Shown one piece after another: positions 24,479 to 37,871 of a stretch of 64,000 bases of DNA. The position numbers and the translations under genes are program-made. This DNA comes from Octopus vulgaris (taxonomy: Eukaryota), in assembly GCA_951406725.2 (NCBI GenBank), contig OX597829.1, forward strand, positions 28,644,001-28,708,000. Reading direction: 5' to 3'. Every line of letters begins with the position of its first letter. The stretch's first letter is position 1. The notes below the pieces were generated by a model. That model ran no database searches. It had not been told where the DNA came from and was given only the letters and a program-made list of their open reading frames with translations.

Positions 24479-26059
24479 AAATGATCGCAGAGAGCTTCCT
24501 CATTTTGCTACAGTTTTTTTCTGCAGTGCTGTTCCAGTGCAGATTATCTCACAAGAAGTATCATCTTTGATGGGAGTCATCATATGCTTATACAGACATA
24601 TCTAACAGCTTATCTAAGTTCATACTATAAATAGTTAACACTTCCTTTAATATCAGTGGCCTGTCAACAGGATCTCACTCCATAGAGTATCGAGGTATAA
24701 TATCATAATATATCTAAGCTACATAGTAGACATACAAACAATATATATATATATATAGTTCACAGATGAGATCCAGAGATTCTCCATATAGAAGACACTT
24801 AGTAGTGCCCAAAAGATTCAAACTTAGACCCCAATGTCTTTACAAGGGATCATTCTACAAGGTAAAGAAAGGCTATAACGAATCAATTGCCCTCTTTCTG
24901 TGTGTGTGTGTGTATACACAAACATACATACATACAACTGGCTTCTTTCAGTTTCTCTAAATTACTTCTACTCACAAGGCTTTAGTAGATGACACATGCA
25001 AAAGGTGCTGCCTAGTAGGACTGAACCTAAAACCACATGGTTGCAAAGCAAGATTCTTAACCACATGGCCATGCCTGTACTTATATTTCACACAAAACAT
25101 AATAAACTATATATTGGAATGCAGTCGCTATTAAAATAACTTTTCACTTTTGAAGAATTTATTAGTGCAGTTTTAAATAGCATGTAAACATAAAATAACT
25201 TAATTCTACGGAATTTTTGTCAGTGAACAGGTCGCGGTCTCAAAGTGACGAAAATATTTTGACAAATTAAATTTAAATGTTGAAGTGAATCTAACGGTTT
25301 TTGTGTGTTTCTTAAATGGCTTATAAACACCTTCCACGCTGCAACTGTTTTCGTTCTAGCACACAATCTCAGATCAGGTCACTTGCTATGCAAGTACAAC
25401 TCCATAATTTGTAATCATCATTATCATCAAAGTTTAACATCCACTTTTCCATGCTTGCATGGATCAGATGGAGTTTATTTGAGGTGAATTTTTCTGCAGC
25501 CAGATGTTCTTCTTGTCACCAACCCGTATCTATTTCCAATGACTAGATGTCTTATTTTCATGGAAAACTGGACATGAGCAGCTTCTACTTCTATGATGGT
25601 GATAATCATTTACAACCATCATGAGATGGTTAGACAAGGATACACACACACACACACAGATTATACACATACACAAAAGGCTTCCTTCAGTTCCTGCCTA
25701 CCAAATCAATTCACAAGGTCAGCCCAGGGTTAAAATAGAAGACACTCGTCTAAGCTGCCATGCAGTGTGACTGAGCCTGAGACCAAAGGATTTAGAAACA
25801 AGCTTTGTAACTGCATAGCTACATCTGCACCTAAAACATTACACTTCAATGAAAGAATAAATTATTTTCTATCTTCTATGATATTTGATTAGTGCTCTAA
25901 TTTTTTGAAGATATGACTTTTCAAATGCAGACTTTATTTAATAATGACAACGTTTCAAATATATACTATCTCTTCCTCTCGTGTCTGTGTGTGTGTATGG
26001 AAGCATTATGGGATGAATAAGAAAGCATGTGTGCATGAGAGATATAGATTAAAGAAAAC

Positions 26060-26470
26060 CAGATTGTTTTGAGCCTCAACAGCAGCCTTTCAGAAGCTAC
26101 AAGAATGACTGCATGTCAGGATCAAATAATTCTTCTCTATGTTGCCCATCATGCTGCCAATAATGGCAGCCTTCAAGAAGTCCTTTGTATTGTGGGGCTG
26201 CAGGTGTAATCTGGTGGAGGAGGAGGAGTGTATCACATCAAGGGAGCCAGAAGGTCACATGATAATAGAAATTCTTGACAATCATTCCTGGGTTATGAAG
26301 GTCAACTAGAAGGAAGCAGGGGCTTGCTAGGGGCACATATTGCTTTTGTTTGTTCTCAACTTTAATCACCAGACTGGCCGCTGTTTCCAGCATCTCAACA
26401 TGTAGACAGTATTATCAAACCTGAGGCTCTGCTGAAAAGCATGAAAGTACCTGACATACCCCTCCTTACC
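26060..26470 (-). pseudogene. Tc1/mariner (maT/DD37D-like) transposase remnant
   Basis: Minus strand reads FITQE*LSRNFYYHVT-like and QPHNTKDFLKAAIIGSMMGNIEKNYLILTC...KAAVEAQ, typical of the C-terminus of these transposases. Heavily decayed. Confidence 0.65.
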
Positions 26471-26574
26471 TCAAAAACTGAAATTCCCTTGCTTACTAGA
26501 TTAAATATGTTAGTCTCCACTTTATAGCATGTATATGTGTACATGTATGCATGCATATACACACACATAACTGG

Positions 26575-26578
26575 GCAT

Positions 26579-26635
<57 letters not shown>
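26575..26635. repeat. (TA)n microsatellite
   Basis: Directly visible. Similar tracts occur at ~2520, 44640, 48365, 56015, 58608 and 60135. Confidence 0.95.
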
Positions 26636-26638
<3 letters not shown>

Positions 26639-26899
26639 GTAAAGCACTTGTCAGAAATGATGGTGTTCAACTGAATATTATGCAAACACAAATTTTGTGT
26701 AATGGACTGCAATTGCATAAACAATGTCCTACATTGCTGGCATTTGATGCACACACACAAGCAACTACAATCAATAAGGACTATGTGTGTGTGTGTGAGT
26801 GTGTGTGTGTGCGCGTGCATGTGCATCTGTGAGTGTGAGAGAATGGTTATACAGTTAAGAAGTTTTCTTCACAACAATGCATGGTATTGAAGCATTTAG

Positions 26900-27790
26900 T
26901 AGGCAGATAAGATTGCATGAAAGTTTGGTTTTCAGCCTCCTCCAGTTTATTATAGTTCTCTGATGCAGGAGTTTAAGGGCCAGCTGACCATAAACTCCTA
27001 GATTAATGATCTAGGATTCAGCTGAAGATTTAGAGAAGAAAATCGAGACATCAAAACAAACCCTAGTACCAAGAGGGCCCGGAGTAAATTCAGTCAAAAC
27101 TAAAAGAAAAGATAGCAATGATGCTGCTACCATAAGGAAATAGTCATATTTGACATGCAGAAAAGGAATTAGCAGGAACTGCATAAGGTGTACCAGTGTC
27201 AACTGTAGCTGCTGCACATTGGATCATAGAAAGACTAACAGAAATGAGAGACTTATATGTGGCAGATGTAAAGATGTAGTTAGTAAGCTGAGTACTACTA
27301 AAATAGAGTCTCTCCACTGTTCAGAAGATTCCACAGAAATGATATGATAACTACTGTTACCTAGATGATCCAATGAATGATGCATGAGGGTGCTCTGAAA
27401 TCGTAGTAGCAAAAATAAGAAAAATTTTTTTTCTGGTGACAAAGGAATTCTCACATGATGTAAAGGTTATATTGTATGAAGATGTGCAGGAGATGCGACA
27501 CAGGCACTGAATGCAAGAAGATATGCGAAGGCTGGAAAGAAATGAAGTGAGCATTGTCCATTGGATGTGCAATGTCTGTGGGAGAAAATGGGGGGGGGCA
27601 CATGTACGTCAAGTGATAAGCTGGGTATATCGTGTGATAAACTGGAATTATTTGTGGTGTGTAATTGGGGTACTTGCACAGGTACAGATCTGTATTGGGT
27701 AAGGGTAATAACTGTTGGGTAAAGAAATGCCAGGTGATATAAAGGGGAAGAAAAGGTATCTGAGAAGGACGTATACAGAAATAGTGAAAA
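26900..27790 (+). mobile_element. Degenerate RTE LINE 3' half, same family as 9770-11490
   Basis: TCRKGISRNCIRCT...LICGRC and EDMRRLERNEVSIVHWMCNV. Confidence 0.8.
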
Positions 27791-27817
27791 TATATCTCAA
27801 GACTTTTATCATCACAA

Positions 27818-28200
27818 AGGTACAGGCATGGCTGTGTGATAAGAAGCTTGCTTCCCAACCACATGGTTCTGGGTTCAGTCCTACTGCATGGTACCTAGGG
27901 CAAGTGTCTTCTACTATAACCTTGGACCAATCAAAGCCTTGTGAGTGGATTTGGTGGATGGAAACTGAAAGAAACCTGCCATGTTTATGTGTGTGTTTGT
28001 CTCTCCATCGCCACTTGGCAACTGATGTCAGTGTGTTTATATCCCTGTAACTTAGTGGTTGGGCAAAAGAGACTGATAGGATAGGTACTAGACTTTAAAA
28101 AAATAAGTCCTATGGGATCGATTTCTTCAACTAAAGCCCTTCAAAGCAGTGCTCCAGATTGGCCACAGTCAACTGACTGAAACAAGTAAAAGAATAAAAG
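27818..28200 (+). mobile_element. CORE-type SINE (older subfamily)
   Basis: Family motifs present. Confidence 0.85.
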
Positions 28201-28417
28201 AATCACAAAGGTTAAAGTCAAAGCAAAATAGCAATAAGATCCTGTGCTTGAAAGGGAGCTGTCCAACCTACGCAAGCATGTTTCCTTTCGTCACCATTTT
28301 CTGGGTGAAATAGATTGCCAGTGTTTCGATAAATATTTAAAATAAGGAAGAATTTAGAGAAATAACTGATGACTAGAAGATAAATTAACGTGAAATTTTG
28401 ATAGAAAGTTATTAATT

Positions 28418-28498
28418 TTGTTATGCTTGGGGATGGTCATATTTTGCCAATTAACACAAGCACTAATCGGAAAATATGACCACCCCCAAGTATAACAA
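28418..28498. repeat. 81-nt hairpin with 28-bp inverted arms, lying inside MITE A units
   Basis: TTGTTATGCTTGGGGATGGTCATATTTT / AAAATATGACCACCCCCAAGTATAACAA, 26/28 complementary. Confidence 0.9.
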
Positions 28499-29556
28499 TA
28501 TCCGTTTCAATACACGGTTTCACATCAAGAATTTTGCAAAACAAATACATAAATGTTATTCATTTTACATCACTTTAATTCCTGTTGAAATACGCTGCTT
28601 TTTTTTTTTTAAATTACTTTTGATTGTAATGAAGAATTTAGTAAAATAACTTTGTCGTTATCAAGCTAATGTTTCAAACATAAATTAACCGAGAACCAGG
28701 GGTGGTCACAAGAGGGTTGGCATCAAGAATTAAAGCACTCAACATTTGGTTTATGCTTCAAAATGTCAATCAGTACCCAAACCAAAGCAACTCTTATTCA
28801 GTAGAACATTTTGAATTTTTGACTTGAATATTACAAGGTCAAAGGTTTTTTATTGAATATAAAAAAGAATTTTTAGTGATGGAAAAAACAAATTGTATTG
28901 AGTTGTGAGGATGCATGACCCAGTGGTCAGTGTTGTAGGCATGAACATTAGGTCGTGGTTTCAATTCCCAAACTGTCTGGTACACTACGTTCTGGAGCAA
29001 AATACTTCATTTCATATTGTTCCAGTCCACTCAGCTGTAAATAGGTAACTGTATGACTGACCAGTGTTCCGTTGAGGGGGAATGTTGTGATCTTGGTCAC
29101 TTCTATGCTATGGAAACCAGGTAACTGACCCTATGAGTCATTAAACTCAAGACAGGAATGTTCAGGGTACTTACTTTTACTAATTATTGAGCTACATCAG
29201 TGCTACACAAATTGGTGGTCTGCGAGCCATCAGCTGCCAGTATGCAGTGAGTTTCCAGAAAAGAACAAAACAATAGCACAATTTCAGTAATTTCGTCTTA
29301 TGCACTGCAGTAAACAAATTATCAGCTTATGTAATATTGTATTATTTGTTTACAAAATAAATATAAATATATAGGTGTAGGAGTGACTGTGTGGTAAATA
29401 GCTTGCTTACGAACCACATGGTTCTGGGTTCAGTCCCACTACATGGCACCTTGGGTAAGTGTCTTTTACTATAGCCACGGGCTGACCAAAGCCTTGTATG
29501 TGGATTTGGTAGATGGAAATTGAAAGAAGCCCATCATATATACGTATATATATATA

Positions 29557-29793
29557 ACGGGAAGGTTTACGAAAATAAACAAAAGACAAAGGCAGGTGGA
29601 GTACAAACAAACAAATGTATTAGTATGGCACTCAGGAATAGAAATAGAACAAGTCTTTTACATTTCGAGCCTACGCTCTTCGACAGAAAGATACACAGAA
29701 AAGAAACAAAGAGAGAAACAAGGAGAGAAAAAAATGCGTGTAGGAGCTAACGGTCTATCATGGCGTTCTGACTTCAGGCAGAAGTCAGAGGTC
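29557..29793 (-). mobile_element. Penelope pseudo-LTR-like / retrozyme-like insert
   Basis: Inserted in a (TA)n tract. Carries a minimal hammerhead-like motif and a perfect 9-bp hairpin TCTGACTTC-AGGCA-GAAGTCAGA. Confidence 0.6.
29654..29691 (-). ncRNA. Minimal type I hammerhead-ribozyme-like motif (variant core)
   Basis: UCUUU-CUGUCGA-A-GAGC-GUAG-GCUC-GAAA-UGUA-AAAGA. Stems I and II pair perfectly; the core deviates from CUGANGA/GAAAC. Confidence 0.55.
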
Positions 29794-30417
29794 TATGTGT
29801 GTGTGTGTGTCTGTGTGTATATATGTTTGTCCCCCCACCCAACATTGCTTGACAACTGATGCTGGTGTGTTTACATCCCCGTAACCTAACGGTCTATCAT
29901 GGCATTCTGACTTCAGGCAGAGGTCAGAGGTCTGTTTGTGTGTGTGTGTGTGTATATATGTTTGTGTATCTGTGTTTGTCCCCCCACCCAACATTGCTTG
30001 ACAACCGATGCTGGTGTGTTTACGTCCCCGTAACTTAGTGGTTCGGCAAAAGAGACTGATAGAATAGGTGCTAGGCTTACAAAGAATAAGTCCTGGGGTG
30101 GATTTGCTTGACTAAAAGCAGTGCTCCAGCACCACGCATGCACCTATCTGATTATTTATTTTTAAAATTATATTGTTGGGTATGAGTGAGAGGCCAGATC
30201 TGGCCGTTTTGAATATAAAACGGGTGGAGTATTTAGGCTGGACATGGAAGGTTTAAATGCAGTAGGAGGAATGTTATGACATTAGCACATGATGACAATA
30301 ACAGCAACAAGAAGAACAACAATGGCAATCAGTGAACAGGTTAACTGTTGTAGTGGTGTAGTGTAGTCATGTGATGTATAGTGATAGGAAAGACATGTTA
30401 TAATGCCTTTTTTTTAG

Positions 30418-30640
30418 AAGGCGGCGAACTGGCAGAAACGTTAGCACACCGGGCGAAATGAGTAGCCGTTACGTTCTGAGTTCAAATTCCGCCGAGGTCG
30501 ACTTTGCCTTTCATCCTTTCGGAGGTCGATAAAATTAAGTACCAGTTAGTTACGCACTGGGGTCGATGTAATCGACTTAATCCGTTTGTCTGTCCTTGCT
30601 TGTCCCCTCTATGTTTAGCCCCTTGTTGGTAGTAAAGAAG
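30418..30640 (+). mobile_element. Young Deu/Nin-domain tRNA-SINE with apparent target-site duplication
   Basis: CpG-rich intact copy. TATAATGCCTTTTTTTT occurs both before (~30398-30416) and after (~30643-30660) the element. Confidence 0.9.
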
Positions 30641-30989
30641 TATATAATGCCTTTTTTTTTTCCTCAAATGGTTTATTCTATCCAATCAACCCAACTGATT
30701 ATTGTCAGGTGACCTGACAACTGGACCAGCCAAAATGTATGTGTGTGCATGTGCATGCATACATGCATGCATGCATGCACCACCACCTGAAGTAGTAGTG
30801 CATGTATTTAAGGTGGTAGGGTTCTTGATGCATTGTTCACTAGGTTGGGATAGGATAGGATGGGATGGGATGGTCACAACTGGAATGGCCTTTGGTAATA
30901 AATAAATCTGCTCAATCATGAATGACACTGGGCTAAAACAACAACTAAAAAGATCTGTGAACCAGCAGGAGAGGCTCTCAGAGATCACT

Positions 30990-31026
<37 letters not shown>

Positions 31027-32004
31027 TTTACAACTATGATTAACCAAGGGTAGGAGGGTGAAACTCAAGGTAGACTGTTATATTATTTTTTTTTTTTGTT
31101 TTTTTTTTTTGATAATATATATCTATCCACTCTACCCAACACATCAAGTTGTGTATCAGATAACGTTTGCACTATGTAAAATGTAAAGTATGTCTATATG
31201 TATGTGTGTATTATATATATACTGTGTATATGCATGTCTATATGTGTGTGTGTGTGTGTGTGTACACAAATATGCATGTGTAAGAATATATATATATACA
31301 CACACACTCACGCGCATACACACATATACACAAACACATACATACATTTATACAAACACACGCATATGTACACCTCTCTCTGTTTCTCCCCCTCCCTCTT
31401 TTTTTCACTTCCTCTCTTTGTTTCTCCCTACATTTACTTACTACTAGTTAGTATGCACATTGGAAAATTTATTAGGTCAAGCAGATAGACATTTTAAATT
31501 CGGTCCATATGTACTGTAAAAAAAAGAAAAAGAAAAGTAGAAAAAAAAAAAAAGCTGAAAAGAAAGAAAAAAATAAGGAAGAAAACAAAAAAGCAAAATA
31601 AAAGAAAATGACGTCTTCATGTCACTTTTTCAATGCTTAGAACATCTAGGCTATGCAGCAGAGGAAGTGAAGTAATTTTTTAACCTAATTATGAAGAAGC
31701 CACTTAGAGGAGACAATTATTAAAAACAGTTAAGAACCCACAAATGTAGTGACTTTAGGTGTTCACTTTCTGACAAAAATTTTTTTTATTTAAAACAAAC
31801 ACAGTGTTTTTCAAACAAAACTGGAATATTTTATTTATTTGCTATCTTTTTGTTATATTTATTAAAATTTTGTGTGTGTGTCTATATAACTGACAGATAG
31901 ATGTTATATGAATATATATTGCAGATAGATTGCGTGTGTGTGTGTGTGTGTGTGTGTGTACACATACACATAACTTTTTTAAACACACACACACACACTA
32001 GCTT

Positions 32005-32035
<31 letters not shown>

Positions 32036-32597
32036 TCACACATACACACATTCACCTATTTAATGGTAAATTGTATTTGCAACAATAAAGACTTTCAAAT
32101 TTCATCATAATCATCATCACCACTATCCTAATGATGAAGACATATATATATATATATATATTATAATTTACTTGTTTCAGTCATTGGACTGTGGCCATGC
32201 TGGGGCACCATCTTGACGAAAAAAAAAAAAGATTAGAGATATTGTATAAGATTAGTGAATTTGAACTCACAACCATCTGTGGGCAAAGCAGACATTATAT
32301 CTGCTTTAACTACAACACTATGGAAACATGCATATGCACACACATTTTTGCAAAGATATGCAACATATTCATGTGCATTCTGAGTTCAAAGTTGTCATGG
32401 TTGACTCTGTCTTTCATCATTTTGTGCTGTAAGTACCATTTGAACACTAAGATTGAACTAATCAACTTCTCCGCCCACCTATTCAAAATTGCTGGCCTTG
32501 TGCCAAAATTAGAAAAAAATAAAGGTATGTGTATGTATGTTTGAACATAAGTATATATCTATGTATGTATGCATAGGTATGAATTTTATGTGTGTAT

Positions 32598-33312
32598 AGG
32601 CACAGGAGTGGATGTGTGGTAAGTAACTTCCTTACCAACCACATGGTCCCGGGGTTCTCAGGCAAGTGTCTTCTACTATAGCTTCAGGCCGACTAAAACC
32701 TTGTGAGTGGATTTGGTAGATGGAAACTGAAAGAAGCCCATCATATATATATATATATATATAATGTATGTATATGTTTGTGTGTCTGTGTTTGTCCCCT
32801 AACCATCGCTTGACAACCGATGCTGGTGTGTTTACATCCCCATAACTTAGCGGTTTGGCAAAAGAGACCAATAGAATATGTACCAGGCTTACAAAGAATA
32901 AGTCTTGCGGTCGATTTGTTCGACAAAAGGCGATGCTCCAGCATGGCCACCGGCATGGCTGTGAGGTAAAGAAGCTTGCTTCCCAACCACATTGTTCCAG
33001 GTTCAGTCCTACTACACAGTACCTTGGACAAATCTACAACAGCCTCAGGCTGACCAAAGCTTTGTGAATGGATTTGGTACACAGAAACTGAAAGAAGCCC
33101 ATTGTGGGTGTGTGTGTGTCTGTTTGTCTCCTATCATCACTTGACAACCAGTATTGGTTTGTTTGCATCCCTTAGCAGTTTAGCAAATGAGAATGATAGA
33201 ATAACAGGTTTTAAAAACAAAAAAAGGTAGTGGGGTTGATTCATTCAACTATATTTCTTCAGGACAGTGCCCCAGCATGGCTGTAGTCTAATGAATGAAA
33301 CAAGTAAAAGAA
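32598..33312 (+). mobile_element. Two tandem CORE-type SINEs
   Basis: Copies at ~32598-32950 and ~32950-33312. Confidence 0.85.
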
Positions 33313-34087
33313 TATGCATTTTATATATGTATATTTGCAGCCACAAATTTAAGAATGACAAATAATTACTCTTGAAATGGATATTTTCAGGTCATGTGAT
33401 CATGCCATATCATGGCCACAATCAAGAGTTGGCTCAAATCATTATAACGACTGAGTAATATTCATTTGTTCCCCACCTCTCCTTACAGCGTAATTATCCC
33501 TCGTTAGATTTTTTTTGAAAGTTTTCCTATATTCATTATATTAACATTAACTTAATTGATCAATTATGCCGAGGAATTTTGATGCCTGCTGGTAATGCCT
33601 AGCAAACAAGGGTGGCATTTTATATGAAGTCGCTCAATATTGGAATGCTAGAAATATCAGCCAACTCCACCATCTTGCAAATAAAATTTATGAAGGAAAC
33701 AAAAAAAAAAAGAGAAAAATGGAATACATTATTAAACAGTTTGACCCTAGTTATACAATAAAAAAACTACTTATATGCTTTATACACACACACACACACA
33801 CATAGATACATTACACAAATATATATGTGTGCACAACACACACACAAACATGGGGCTATGCCACAAATTCTTGAATATAAAAATGTGTAATAAAAAAAAG
33901 TGTTCATTTAATATGGTAACTTTTAAATTTTTTTCAGACATCTCAATGGGATCTATCTTCTTCATGAGGGAGAAGAGGAGAGAGGAGGTAGAGGAGATGG
34001 GAGTACAGGGGAGGAGAAATCTGGGGGGGGGGGGACAAAGACACTATATTACCTGAGTCTCATGTAAATATATTACAAATATATATG

Positions 34088-34142
<55 letters not shown>

Positions 34143-34298
34143 AACACAATGTGTTTTGTTAGAACACCAAACACTGTTATTTACCTTGAAAGAATCTCTC
34201 ATATGGACTGGTAGTGCATAAAAGCACTTATATTCATATCTTTGGCAGACGAGAACCATCTCCTATAGATGCTGGAACTATCAGATCACCACCACACG

Positions 34299-34329
<31 letters not shown>

Positions 34330-34330
<1 letters not shown>

Positions 34331-34454
34331 CACATGGTTCCGGGTTCAGTCCCACTGCGTGGCATCTTGGGCAAGTATCTTCTGCTATAGCCCCAGGCCG
34401 ACCAATGCCTAGTGAGTGGATTTGGTAGACGGAAACTGAAAGAAGCCTGTTGTA

Positions 34455-34509
<55 letters not shown>

Positions 34510-34680
34510 TTGTGTGCTGGTGTGTTTACATCCCCCGTCACTTAGCGGTTCGGCAAAAAGAGACCGATAGAATAAGTACTGGGCTTACAAAGAATAAGTC
34601 CCGGGGTCGATTTGCTCGACTAAAGGCGGTGCTCCAGCATGGCTGCAGTCAAATGACTGAAAAAAAGTAAAAGAAAAAAA
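34330..34680 (+). mobile_element. 5'-truncated CORE-type SINE
   Basis: Family motifs with an internal (TA)n(TG)n. Confidence 0.88.
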
Positions 34681-36229
34681 AAAAAGATATATATACATAC
34701 ATGCATACATACACACATATATGATCTATATACATACAGACATACATACAAACAAACACATACACACAATATAATCAGCATCGTTATTTAACGCCTGATT
34801 TCTATGCTGGTAGGGGTTGGACTGTTTGACATGATCTGATGAGTTGCAGAGCTGCATCAGGCTGCACTGTTGGCTTTAGCATTGTTTCTACTTCTACAGG
34901 AGTCAGGGAACTCTTTTAACCAATTGCCCCAATTAAATATTTATTTACGCCAACATTACCTACTTGATTTGAAAGGAAGAAAATCATAGATTCTTTGAAT
35001 TCAAAAGGTTTATTAAATCCATTTATATGACTCTATTTACACATCCATTACATTGGACACATGCAGTGTTGCTAGCAAAAAAAAATTCTGTTGTAATAAG
35101 AAACATGTTATTTTTGTATAATTTTACTGGAGTCTAATGAGTTCTCATTACCCCTAAGAATTTCGTTTTTACCCCACTTAGGGTAATTTACCCTGGTTTT
35201 CTGATCCCTGTACTACTGGACGCCCTTCTTAATGTCAACTGCTTTACAGCATGTACTACAGTGCTTTTCTCATGATAGCATGGTACCATCACTAGTGAAA
35301 GAAACCTGTCTGTAAGATGAAAGTCTTTTAATTAACTAGAGGTGGTGGTACTGAGGGAAGTGGCTTCATGCCAGGTGATGAGAGGCTAAAGGTATGATAA
35401 CAGGACAGGAACAGGTCTTGGTGGGCAATGAGGACTCAATGGACTTTTCATATTCATGACAACCCGAGCAAGAAAAGGAGAAAGGATGGTACAGGTGAGG
35501 TGTCAGGGTTACCTCTTAGTTATGGAGAGAAAGAATCAGCACTCCCTGCCCCTTATATTTATTCCTTTAGGGCTCCTGAAGGAAATAGTTAATTAGAAAC
35601 CTGGCCGTAATGCTTGCAAAAAGAGTAGACACAGCTCGGCACATACAAGAAACATATGACAAATTACCTACCAACCAAAAAGCCATGTCATAGTATGTCA
35701 GTGAATAAGAAATCAGAAGATACAGAGCTAAAACAGATACTGCTGTAAGTCATTTTGTCCAACATACTAACAATAACACCAGCCCAGTACTCCATTTTAT
35801 TGGCCCTGAATAGATGAAAGGTTAAATTAGAAAATTAGACCAATGTAGAATAAACAAAAACACAGATGCATGCATGCACATACACACATTTATCTCTAGA
35901 GACAATGCCTTGCCCTGAATCTTCAGCTTCACTGTCCAGGTTGCATTCTGTATTCCAAATTCTTGGTACCCCAATGAGCTGTTGATATTTGAAATGAAGA
36001 GAGTTGGTGACAGGAAGAACATCTGGTGACAGAAAACTTTCCCCAACAAATTTTATCTGACCAATACAAACATGGAATATGATGGTCAAGGTGGTGATGA
36101 TGATAATTAGCAGAACCAATGGAAATTTTACATTTTATGTACATTCTTATTTCTATTTCAAAACATAAATCTGTAGATCTTCATAGCTTTGTTTGATTGT
36201 GTTAAAGGTTTCGATTGAGTTTTGTAATA

Positions 36230-37430
36230 CTTGAACACACAAATCAAGAACAGTAGATGGAACTTGGTGAATTCATGTACAGAGAAAAGAAAGAAAAACT
36301 AAAAGCAATATATTTGCTAAAATTAAAAGCTTGTACAGAAATCTACAAAATTCAAGGAATTTAATGTATACAATGAACATACAGGCTTTTATTAGTTGTG
36401 CTTCATAGTACTGGAATAGTGAATTAAGTGGAAGATGATACATTGGAAAAACAAGTAAAACTCTATGCATGGAGTGTTTCATATGAAGGCAAATGTCAGC
36501 CATTTATACACGAAACGGAAGTTGGGGAGAGAAGACTTATTAGCATTTCTGATTGTGTGAATGGAAACAAAGGTCAATAAACCACTACCTTGGAAAGAGT
36601 GAAGAAAAAACTACTTAAACATGCTACTGCAATAGAAGTAGGACTTAGTGGCGTTGAATTTGAGGAGAAGAAAACATATGAAAACAGGGTAATTTGTAAA
36701 AGAAAAGGAAATGCTAGGAGAAGGGAAGTTTTATGGACAGTTCCGCAGAGATACAAAGAATGTGGAAAAAAAATCAGGACTCATTGTAGGAATAGCTTCC
36801 AGAGAAAGTTTAACTCTTTAATATTTAAAATAGCCATATCTGGTCCAAATATTCTACATGTTTTATTTTGAAACTGGCCAGATCTAGACTCTCGTTCCTA
36901 CCCTACAATGTCATTCTAAAAATAAACAATCACATCATCAAAATCTTGGAGCTACAAGATAATGCAGGATTAACTCAAAATGATGTGAGTAGTACATTCG
37001 AAGCAATACATTTGAAAGAGTAATCTGAATGCTAAGGTATTATAGTAAAAAATGGAGAGTTTGTTGTTATCTGCTCAACATGTGCTACATGTGGAATCAG
37101 TCAAATGGAAAATATTGATCGTTTTGTAACAGTCTGGAAGTATTAACTCAGAAAGAAAATAAGGAATGACATAAGATCTGGTCAGGTAAAAAATGCAGAC
37201 ACAATCCTTTAAACAAGGCTCTAAAAGGTAACAATTTATGAGATTTTTTACATCCAGATAGATAGAATAATTGAACTCCCAGCCCAAATACCATTTTACA
37301 TGACATGGAAAATAACAAGAATGTCTCATAGCAAACAATGTAATTCATTGAAACTAAAACCTTGCAGAGAAGGTTTCAGAAATAGTAAATTAACAAGTGG
37401 GTTCAGCAATATGTGAGAGGGTAACCTCTA
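36230..37430 (+). mobile_element. Degenerate R4/Dong-like LINE (RT C-terminus to CCHC finger), interrupted by a MITE
   Basis: MHGVFHMKANVSHLYTKRKLG..LISISDCV...KSEEKLLKHA, then after the MITE, CATCGISQMENIDRFV...LTQKENK. Confidence 0.6.
36810..37042. mobile_element. TTAA/piggyBac-like MITE (family B)
   Basis: TTAA|CTCTTTAATATTTAA...CTGAATGCTAAGG ends. Related fragments at ~4260-4400, 12310-12440 and 30150-30260. Confidence 0.6.
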
Positions 37431-37871
37431 CCAGGAAAGGATAGTAGGTTATCACAGTTAGAGCTCAGTTCACACTGTAAAGAGGTTGGCATTTGGAAGG
37501 GCATTCAGCTGTAAAAACACCAAAACTGATCTCACCTGCCACATAAGGCACTCAGCCCACTCTACAGAGTGGTTGGTGTTAGGAAGGAAACCACATGAAA
37601 ACACACTCAGAAGCATGGCACAGGTTTCCGCCCATGCCAGCACTGAAGGAGGATGTTAAACAATGATATGTTGATGTCTGAGACAAGATAGTTTCATATT
37701 TTATTCATTTAGCCATCACACTTTGATTGAGGAAGAAATGTTGTGAATGACAGTGGTTATGGATATAGTGGCGGTAGTATTGCTTGTGGTTGTTATGGTG
37801 ATGGTGGTGAAAGGTGATAATGGTGTTGGTAGGAGGGGTGGCACAGATTGAATACACACACAAAAATGTAT

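Larger units (their letters stand above)
29372..30132 (+). mobile_element. CORE-type SINE interrupted by a Penelope-like insert and a local duplication
   Basis: Head 29372-29540. The tail resumes ~29795 and part of it is duplicated. Confidence 0.85.

Noticed and set aside
25945-25988. Possible third hammerhead relic (GAAACGTTGTC on the minus strand)
   Set aside because: The CUGANGA core is not intact, so it is too decayed to support.
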